Shown in pieces: positions 7,409-14,802 of a stretch of 25,941 nucleotides of DNA. A model generated the notes under the pieces. That model searched no databases. It saw only the letters and a list, made by a program, of their open reading frames with translations, and was not told the DNA's origin. Numbering within the stretch: position 1 is the first letter of the stretch; the number at the start of each line of letters is the position of its first letter. The position numbers and the translations under genes were made by a program. The DNA comes from Candidatus Nanohalobium sp. (GTDB lineage: Archaea; Nanohalarchaeota; Nanosalinia; Nanosalinales; Nanosalinaceae): NCBI GenBank assembly GCA_042216335.1, contig JBDGTY010000006.1, positions 1 through 25,941 of the forward strand, written 5' to 3'.

Positions 7409-9988
7409 ATGGAAGGCGATTACAACGCGGAAGAAGTCGAGGAGAAATGGCAGGAAAAATGGGTTAACGACAAGACTTACGAGTATCCAGGTGCTGAGGA
7501 TAGCGACGAAGTTTTTTCGATTGATACGCCGCCGCCGACGGTTTCTGGAAGCCTTCACATGGGCCACTTGTACGGTTTCCAGTTGATGGATTTCCAGGCC
7601 CGGTTCCAGAACATGCAGAGCGAGAAGGTGTTCTTCCCTTTCGGCTTCGACGACAACGGGATCGCCTCCGAAAGACTGACCGAGGACGAACTCGGTATAA
7701 GGCATCAGGACTTTACCAGAAGGGAGTTCCAGGAGAAGTGCCGTGAAGTCTGTAAAGAGTACGAGGAGCAGTTCACGGAGAACGTCCAGTCGCTGGGAAC
7801 GGCGATGGACTGGAGCAACACCTACAAGACGATAGAGCCACGCGTACAGCGCATCTCCCAGCTTTCCTTCATCGATTTGTACGAGAAGGATAGGGAGTAC
7901 AGGAAGAAGGCTCCTGCGATCTGGTGCCCCGAATGTGAGACAGCGATCTCACAGGTCGAGACGGAGGATGCGGAACGGGATGCACACTTCAACGACATCG
8001 AGTTCGACCTGGCATCGGGCAACGGCTCGGTTATAATCTCCACGACACGACCCGAGCTCCTTCCCGCGTGTGTGGCGATCTTCGTCCATCCGGACGACGA
8101 GATGAATGAGAACCTGGTCGGCGAGAAGGCAGAGGTCCCGCTTTTCGGACATGAAGTACCGATCATCGAGGATGAACGGGTCGACATGGAGAAGGGCTCC
8201 GGCGTCGTCATGTGCTGTACCTTCGGAGATCAGACAGACATAGAATGGTACAATGCTCATGATTTAGATCTGAAGGTTGCGATCGACGAGTCCGGAACGA
8301 TGACGGAGTTAGCCGGAAAGTACGAGGGAATGAGTACCGGAGAGGCCCGTGAAGCCATCGTCGAGGATCTTGATGATGAAGGCGATCTGCTGGATCGTGA
8401 AGCAATCACTCACACGGTTCAGGTCCACGAGAGATGCAGTGAGGACATCGAGTTCCGGGTCACCGAGCAGTGGTACGTCAAGCTGCTTGACAGGAAGGAA
8501 GAGTACCTGGAAGCCGGTAGAGACATGGAATGGTACCCTGAGAAGATGTTCTCCCGTTACAAGCACTGGATCGAGGGACTGGAGTGGGACTGGTGCATCA
8601 GCCGTCAGAGAGACTCCGGCATACCGTTCCCCGTCTGGTACTGTCAGGACTGTGGGAAAGAAGTACTGGCGGATAAAGAAGATCTGCCTGTCGACCCTAT
8701 CGAGGACGAACCACCTGTCGATGAATGTCCGGAATGTGGAAGCTCTGAGTTCGAGGCAGAGGAAGACGTATTTGACACCTGGGCCACTTCCAGTCTAACG
8801 CCACTGGTCAATGCGCGCTGGGACTGGGATGAGAAAGACGGGGAGTTCGAGATGGGAAGGCCGGAGCTCTACCCCTTCGACCTGAGGCCGGAGGGCCACG
8901 ACATCATCTCTTTCTGGCTCTTCCACACCGTAGTCAAGTGTTACGAGCACACCGGAGAGGTTCCGTTCGACGGCGTCATGAACCACGGACACATCCTCGA
9001 CGAGAACAGAGAGAAGATGTCAAAGTCGAAGGGTAACGTCGTTGCACCGGCAGAAGTACTAGAGAAATTCCCGGTTGATGCGGCACGTTACTGGGCCGCA
9101 GGCGGCAAAGTAGGCAACGACTTCCCGTTCAAGGAACAGAAGCTGGAATCCGGCGAGAAACTGATGCGGAAACTATGGAACGCATCCAAACTGGTCGACG
9201 AACTAACGGAGGAGAAGCCGTCAAGGCCGGAAGAACTTGACGAGATCGATGCCTGGCTACTGGCAGAACAGGACGAGGTCATCGACGAGGTCGCGGAGTA
9301 CATGGAGAACTACGAGTTCATGAAGGCCCGCGACAGGCTAAGAAGCTTCTTCTGGCACACCTTCTGCGACGACTACCTGGAGATCGCCAAGCAGAAGGAG
9401 ACGGACTCCGCCAGGCACACTCTACGGAACGCTCACAGAAAATTCCTGAAGCTGTTCGCTCCGTTCCTCGCCCACATCACCGAGGAGATATGGAACCAGA
9501 TGTACGCGGAGAAAAGCATCCACACCACAAGCTGGCCTGAGAAATCCGGAGTAGACGCAGACCTTGAAGCAGGCGAGAACGCCATGGAGGTCATCTCGGC
9601 ACTGAGGAAGCACAAGACCGACAACCAGATGGCGCTCAACGAGGAAATCGAAAGCATCGGTATCTACGGCAACGTCTCAGGCATGGCAGAGGCCATCAAG
9701 GAAGTCATGCACGTCCAGGAGCTGGAAGAGCTTGATGAAGAACCAGAAATGGAGAAGCAGATAGTCGAGATCTCCCTGGACTACTCGAAGGCCGGGCCGA
9801 AGTACGGCGACAAGGTAGGAGAGATCGAGGAAGCACTTGAGAACCAGGAATGGATGCTGGAGGACGGCCGACTGGAAGTCGCTGGAGAACACTTGAAGCC
9901 TGAGGAATTCGAGGTACGGGAAGAGAAGACCTACCAGGGCGAGGGAGAGATGCTCGAGCCCGGTGACGCAATGGTTATAGTCCGGTAG
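7409..9988 (+). CDS. valS: Valine--tRNA ligase (archaeal type)
   Basis: DTPPPTVSGSLHMGH (HIGH), STTRPEL, DWCISRQR, KMSKSKGN and zinc-binding CxxC pairs. Confidence 0.97.
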   Translation: MEGDYNAEEVEEKWQEKWVNDKTYEYPGAEDSDEVFSIDTPPPTVSGSLHMGHLYGFQLMDFQARFQNMQSEKVFFPFGFDDNGIASERLTEDELGIRHQDFTRREFQEKCREVCKEYEEQFTENVQSLGTAMDWSNTYKTIEPRVQRISQLSFIDLYEKDREYRKKAPAIWCPECETAISQVETEDAERDAHFNDIEFDLASGNGSVIISTTRPELLPACVAIFVHPDDEMNENLVGEKAEVPLFGHEVPIIEDERVDMEKGSGVVMCCTFGDQTDIEWYNAHDLDLKVAIDESGTMTELAGKYEGMSTGEAREAIVEDLDDEGDLLDREAITHTVQVHERCSEDIEFRVTEQWYVKLLDRKEEYLEAGRDMEWYPEKMFSRYKHWIEGLEWDWCISRQRDSGIPFPVWYCQDCGKEVLADKEDLPVDPIEDEPPVDECPECGSSEFEAEEDVFDTWATSSLTPLVNARWDWDEKDGEFEMGRPELYPFDLRPEGHDIISFWLFHTVVKCYEHTGEVPFDGVMNHGHILDENREKMSKSKGNVVAPAEVLEKFPVDAARYWAAGGKVGNDFPFKEQKLESGEKLMRKLWNASKLVDELTEEKPSRPEELDEIDAWLLAEQDEVIDEVAEYMENYEFMKARDRLRSFFWHTFCDDYLEIAKQKETDSARHTLRNAHRKFLKLFAPFLAHITEEIWNQMYAEKSIHTTSWPEKSGVDADLEAGENAMEVISALRKHKTDNQMALNEEIESIGIYGNVSGMAEAIKEVMHVQELEELDEEPEMEKQIVEISLDYSKAGPKYGDKVGEIEEALENQEWMLEDGRLEVAGEHLKPEEFEVREEKTYQGEGEMLEPGDAMVIVR

Positions 9989-10014
9989 TTCGGGCTCATT
10001 TCTCTTTTTTGTTA

Positions 10015-10368
10015 TTATTTGAAGTAACCCTGATATTCTTCCAAGTCCTGTTCTCTGCCATACACCTGAACATATTGATCATCCTCAGAGATTTGATCAA
10101 ACTTACTCGGCACATCGTCAATCCCTTCCTCATCAAGTATAGAATACTCACAATGTTGAAGCAGTTGTTTTATTCCTCTAGGCGAATCTTCCGAGAACTC
10201 GTTCTCCCAGAATACATGGGTGAAGTGTCTTGAAGCATATTCTCCATCCTGACTCTCGTCAAGAACCGCAATGCTGTTTCTACCATCCAACCTGTAATCA
10301 TCAGCCAAATCCAGAGCCTCATCAACTATATCCGACTGAAACGGATACAGTGATACAAATACGCTCAC
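10015..10368 (-). CDS. Hypothetical acidic protein
   Basis: ORF track gives 10404, but that 5' part overlaps a TTTTTATA TATA-like box; GTG at 10368 is the more likely start. Confidence 0.6.
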   Translation of the reverse strand: MSVFVSLYPFQSDIVDEALDLADDYRLDGRNSIAVLDESQDGEYASRHFTHVFWENEFSEDSPRGIKQLLQHCEYSILDEEGIDDVPSKFDQISEDDQYVQVYGREQDLEEYQGYFK

Positions 10369-10469
10369 GTACTCGATCACAACCTTAATTATAAAAATCC
10401 TCATCTAACTGCGACAGAAAACCCATAAATCCAAAAGATATAAACCTTCTGCATACATTACAAGTATAC

Positions 10470-10670
10470 ATGAGTACGACTATCCGCGTCGGTGAAGGTT
10501 TGAGGGACAGGCTTGAAACTTTGAAGCAGGAGAGGGAGCTGGCTTCCTACGAGGAGTTGATCGAGGAGTTGCTGGAGAAGGAGTCGGAGAGACTGAGTAT
10601 GTTCGGTGCCGACGAGGAGCTGGATGCCTGGGACAGGGAAGAGGATAGAGCCGGTTTCGAGGACGAGTAA
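10470..10670 (+). CDS. vapB: VapB-type antitoxin (archaeal)
   Basis: MSTTIRV...RDRLETLK...SYEELIEELL...SMFGAD, 2 nt upstream of a PIN gene. Confidence 0.8.
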   Translation: MSTTIRVGEGLRDRLETLKQERELASYEELIEELLEKESERLSMFGADEELDAWDREEDRAGFEDE

Positions 10671-10672
10671 AG

Positions 10673-11068
10673 ATGGAGAAAGCAGTACTGGATACATACG
10701 CCTGGATCGAATACTTCCGCGGCACTGAGGAGGGAGAGAAAGTCCGGGAATATGTTGACGGAGACAGCAGAATCCTGACGCCTTCCGTGGTCGTGGCCGA
10801 GCTCCGGGACAAGTATGTCAGGACAGGCCTGGAGGAGAGGTGGAGAACCCGGAAGCACTTTCTGAAGATGAAATCCGATATACTTGAACTGGAGTTTGAT
10901 GTGGCAGATGAGGCCGGAGGACTGAAATGGGATCTGAGAGAGAAATTTGACGACGTCGGGCTGGCCGATGCCATCATCCTCTCTCATACAATCCAGGAAG
11001 ACGCTACACTCCTTACCGGCGATGACCACCTGACGTTCAGGAAAGAAGTAATGGATATCTCCAGCTAG
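10673..11068 (+). CDS. vapC: VapC PIN-domain toxin
   Basis: VLDTYAWIEYF, VVAEL, LADAIIL and LLTGDDH acidic PIN tetrad. Confidence 0.9.
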   Translation: MEKAVLDTYAWIEYFRGTEEGEKVREYVDGDSRILTPSVVVAELRDKYVRTGLEERWRTRKHFLKMKSDILELEFDVADEAGGLKWDLREKFDDVGLADAIILSHTIQEDATLLTGDDHLTFRKEVMDISS

Positions 11069-11079
11069 TCTTCAACCTC

Positions 11080-11817
11080 TTAAGTTCCCTCATCATCTTC
11101 TCCCTCTTCTTCTGCTTCCCCTTCTTTGTCTTCTTGCTGTACTTTTCCGACCAGGAAGATGCTTATCTGGTAGAGGCCGATGACGGGCAGTGTGACAAGG
11201 GCCTGAGATATGACATCTGGGGGTGTTACGAAGGCGGAGAGTACCAGCACTGCGATTATGAAGTGGGCGCGGTACTCCTTCATCATTCCGACATCCATGA
11301 CGCCGGCCCTGCCAAGTATGACGGAGACAATTGGAAGCTGGAAAACTATGCCGGTGAAAGCGGATAACCGGAGGGCGAAGCTGACCGTGTTCTGCAGGCT
11401 CCACAGCGCCTCCACCTCCGCAGCCCTGGCTGTCCCCTGGAAGAAGTTGAGGCTGGCCTTGACCACGAACTCGTACGCGAAAACAGCACCTATCGCGAAG
11501 AGGACCACGGAGAAGGGAAGGTAGTTCCGCATCACCCTGTACTCGTGATCCTTCAAACCCGGCCGCATGAACTTCAGCAACTGGAAAAGCACCACGGGAA
11601 GACTGATCAGGAAACCACCAAGCAAGGCGATCATGATCTCCGTATAGAAAACCTCATAAGCCGACAAGGCATTCAGGTCAAAACCTAGGTCAGCCTGAAC
11701 CCAGTTCAGTATATCAGCAGAATAATAGAAAACAAAACCGGTAGAAGCCAGCAAAAAGACAGAGACTACCTTCAAACGATTCCGTAGCTCGACGACATGG
11801 TCCTCAAGACTCTGCAT
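11080..11817 (-). CDS. tatC: Twin-arginine translocase subunit TatC
   Basis: SLEDHVVELRNRL, FMRPGLKDHE, FQLP, TPPDVISQ; about six TM helices. Confidence 0.95.
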   Translation of the reverse strand: MQSLEDHVVELRNRLKVVSVFLLASTGFVFYYSADILNWVQADLGFDLNALSAYEVFYTEIMIALLGGFLISLPVVLFQLLKFMRPGLKDHEYRVMRNYLPFSVVLFAIGAVFAYEFVVKASLNFFQGTARAAEVEALWSLQNTVSFALRLSAFTGIVFQLPIVSVILGRAGVMDVGMMKEYRAHFIIAVLVLSAFVTPPDVISQALVTLPVIGLYQISIFLVGKVQQEDKEGEAEEEGEDDEGT

Positions 11818-11823
11818 ACAGCA

Positions 11824-12030
11824 TCAAGCTTCTTCTTCCTTCACGTCCTCGATCTCTCCCTCAACATCAGGCTTGACATCCTCAGCAAAGTCCTCAGCCT
11901 CCTTCATCGACTTCTTGTACTCCTTCTTCGACTCACCCAGAGAACGAGCAAGCTGAGGAAGCTTCTTCGGACCCATAATCAGGGCAACCAGTGCCGCACC
12001 AATCAAAACCATCTCAGGCAATCCAATCAT
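11824..12030 (-). CDS. tatA: Twin-arginine translocase subunit TatA
   Basis: MIGLPEMVLI...GPKKLPQLARSLGESKKEYKK; own TTTTATA box at 12059-12053, 23 nt upstream of ATG 12030. Confidence 0.93.
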   Translation of the reverse strand: MIGLPEMVLIGAALVALIMGPKKLPQLARSLGESKKEYKKSMKEAEDFAEDVKPDVEGEIEDVKEEEA

Positions 12031-12071
12031 AACCAAACATTACACTACAGACTATAAAACCCTTTCGCCAA

Positions 12072-14480
12072 CTACTCCACCTTGACCGAGACCCATCCAC
12101 TCTCTGAAGAGTTCAACGCAGTACCGAACGACGCCTCCAGACAGTTCTGATTAACCGTCAAAGAGTTGATCGCCTCCGCCAGCTCCTTACGGGACGAATC
12201 AGCCGAAACCCGTGGAACACTTCCAGTATCACATGCGACCGCCGTGCCGAACCTTCCTGAAGCGACCTCATCACCTTCCTCGATCTCCTCACCCGGGGCA
12301 ACACGTACAGGCACCTTACCCTCCAGTGCCACACGTACACCTTCAGCATTCGAGTTCAGTACATGGCCGGGATTACTGGAGACGACTCCAACAGCGTCCT
12401 CGAAACGGGCCTCAGTCGCCTCAACCTCAGCCTTCCCGTCAGAAACCTTCACAACAGTACCTGGAGCCGGATCACCCTCAGCGCTGTAGATTTCGGCCAG
12501 GTCAGCACCGCTCGTGTAAACGTTGCCGTACACCTTCAAACTGTCATCAATACTAACGTTCGCACCATTATTATTTGTGATATTATAGTCCTTCATATTC
12601 AGGTTCGCACCAGCATTGTTTCCAGCCTGCATGGTTTCGGAAAGATTCTCAACACTTCCACCGCCACCACAACCGGTACAACTACCCTTCACAGTCAAGT
12701 TCTGCACAACAGTAGAAGTACCGTGAACCGTCAAATTACCGGTGACATTCACATCCAACTCCTCACCGTTCAAGTTGCCGAAAGTGGCCTCGTACGCGTT
12801 GGGGGCTTTGGCTTTGTTGCCGATTGCGACCGCACCAAAGCCGGAGGCAGAACTGGCAGGGCCGAGCGCCACAGTATTTTTGGCGGAGGCTTTACTAAAA
12901 TCGCCGAGCGCCACCGCATAATTACCGGAGGCTTCACTGGTAGAACCAAGCGCCACCGTATCTTGACCAGAGGATTGGGCTTGGTATCCGAGTGCTGTGG
13001 CGCCGGTTCCGTTTGCTTTTGCGTCGGTGCCAATTGCTGTTTCGTTACCGAACCCGGAGTTGTACGGTGCGTCTGCTTGTGCTCCGCGCCCGATTGCGAT
13101 GTCGGTATTGTTGTTGGTGTTGGTGGTGGAACCGCCGATCTGTATTCCTTGTTCTTTGTTGAAACCGTATCGGATGGTCCGGTTAGCCACGTTCCCAGCC
13201 GCCAACGTCTCGGAAAGATTATCGGCCTGAGTGGTAGAACTCAGTTTGTTGCAGTTATAGCTCCCGTTTGGATAGATCGTCTTGATAGCTTCATCGCTAG
13301 CGCACTGCGTCTGGTTGAAGAACCCTCTGATCTCGCTTATCTCGGAAAGAGAATTGTTCTCGAAGTCTACACCGGCATCAACATCTATTTCTTCAGAGCT
13401 CAGAATGTTGAAGCCATCGTATACGGCCGAGACCGAATTCTGGGAGTTCGCGGCCATGAATATTCCCCATCGACCAAAGGAATAACTGGTGTCTGTTCCC
13501 CGTACTTGTGCAACCCTATTACCGGAGGAAACATTATAGAGCTCCGCATTTATAGTCCCATTTAGTTTCCAGTCAACAACAAATCTGTAGTAATTGTTCT
13601 TGATAAGGTTAACACTTGTATTGTCAATTCTTCCATCATTGTTGGTTCCCAAAACCGTATCCAGAAGAAGCCGATCATTCTGTATGTCCAAGTCTAACTC
13701 ATAGGCACCCGGATCATTAGGTTGTTCCGCAAATATAACTGAAGGCCCTCCAGCGGAAGAAGTGGCCTTGATATATCCCTGGAACTTGTCTCCACGTTCA
13801 GGTCCGTCAGAACCCGATTGCACTAGTGCTCCGTAAGGCTGACTATATGGCTTGTTCGAGAACGTGACCTCTGTAGCCGCACTTCCTTCTTGAACCCCTG
13901 AGGTAACCTGAGAAGCACTAACACTTCCCACGCCGTTATCCTCTACCAGCTGATACTCATCAACATCCCCATCGTCCCAAGAATCGTACATCGGAGAAAC
14001 CGGCTTCGAAGTAATCCTGTTCACACGGGCGAAAGTACCTTCGCCACCAAGAGTAAAGTTAGAGCCGAGAATGAGATTGCCGCCGGAAGGATTTAATTCG
14101 GAGAGATTATCAATGTTATTGCCGTCGAAATCAATGCTCTGATTCGCAACATTACCCGCAGCCAGTGTCTCGGAAAGGTTTTCTGCCTGTGTTGTGGTTG
14201 AGAGTGTGTTGCATTTGAAGGTGCCGTTCGCGTATATTTCTTTGATTGCTTCGTTGGCGTCGCAGTCGTTGGTGTCGAAGAAGTTCCGGATTTCTTTGGC
14301 TTGCATGTTGACGCCGCCGTTGTTGGTGATGTTGAATATGGTTCCTCCTGTACTGTTTTCGAATACCAGGTTGCCGCCTGAGTCGGAGAACGTGGAGATC
14401 TGGGCGGATGTGGTGGCGGCGGTGAAGAGCAGGAGGGTGACTGCGGTTGCTGCCTTGATTTTCCTTGAGAAATCCTTCAT
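12072..14480 (-). CDS. Secreted trimeric fibre/adhesin A: signal peptide, Cys-neck/ENLSETL repeats, beta-sandwich insert, YadA-head repeats, C-terminal Peptidase_G2-like intramolecular chaperone
   Basis: Signal MKDFSRK...TSAQ; 14-residue repeats (ATALGYQAQSSGQD/TVALGSTSEASGNY/AVALG...); C-terminus GADLAEIY...GTVV...VGVVSSNPG...VALEGKVPVRV...IEEGDEV; many N-x-S/T sequons. Confidence 0.8.
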   Translation of the reverse strand: MKDFSRKIKAATAVTLLLFTAATTSAQISTFSDSGGNLVFENSTGGTIFNITNNGGVNMQAKEIRNFFDTNDCDANEAIKEIYANGTFKCNTLSTTTQAENLSETLAAGNVANQSIDFDGNNIDNLSELNPSGGNLILGSNFTLGGEGTFARVNRITSKPVSPMYDSWDDGDVDEYQLVEDNGVGSVSASQVTSGVQEGSAATEVTFSNKPYSQPYGALVQSGSDGPERGDKFQGYIKATSSAGGPSVIFAEQPNDPGAYELDLDIQNDRLLLDTVLGTNNDGRIDNTSVNLIKNNYYRFVVDWKLNGTINAELYNVSSGNRVAQVRGTDTSYSFGRWGIFMAANSQNSVSAVYDGFNILSSEEIDVDAGVDFENNSLSEISEIRGFFNQTQCASDEAIKTIYPNGSYNCNKLSSTTQADNLSETLAAGNVANRTIRYGFNKEQGIQIGGSTTNTNNNTDIAIGRGAQADAPYNSGFGNETAIGTDAKANGTGATALGYQAQSSGQDTVALGSTSEASGNYAVALGDFSKASAKNTVALGPASSASGFGAVAIGNKAKAPNAYEATFGNLNGEELDVNVTGNLTVHGTSTVVQNLTVKGSCTGCGGGGSVENLSETMQAGNNAGANLNMKDYNITNNNGANVSIDDSLKVYGNVYTSGADLAEIYSAEGDPAPGTVVKVSDGKAEVEATEARFEDAVGVVSSNPGHVLNSNAEGVRVALEGKVPVRVAPGEEIEEGDEVASGRFGTAVACDTGSVPRVSADSSRKELAEAINSLTVNQNCLEASFGTALNSSESGWVSVKVE

Positions 14481-14553
14481 ATACCTTTATGGGTTTCTAC
14501 CGGTTTTTAATCTGTCGGTAGGTGAGGCATCTTTCAGAGGATAGGGTAGTCTT

Positions 14554-14751
14554 TTAGTGCTCTCTGAGGTATTTTGCTGCCTCTTCACAAAAGTAATCGG
14601 ATTCATCCACGGACTCATCAAGGTACACCGCCAAGTCAACATCGCTGAGCTCACCGGCTTCTCCACGGGCCACCGAACCGAACACGTAAGCCAGTCCGAC
14701 ACCATCCACATCCCTGAAAACCCAGGCAACCTCCTCAGAATCCACATCCAT
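14554..14751 (-). pseudogene. Truncated minimal nucleotidyltransferase (MntA-like antitoxin)
   Basis: LAYVFGSVARGEAGELSDVDLAVY (GS-x10-DxD) but only ~65 aa, lacking the C-terminal VDLV strand. Confidence 0.75.
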
Positions 14752-14802
14752 CAAGAAAAAGGAAACTCCTACCTTTCAAACCAGTTACGGGCCTACTATC
14801 CA

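Noticed and set aside
12363-13565. 400-aa plus-strand ORF
   Set aside because: Antisense shadow of fibre A; no motifs, and composition is unlike the acidic proteome.
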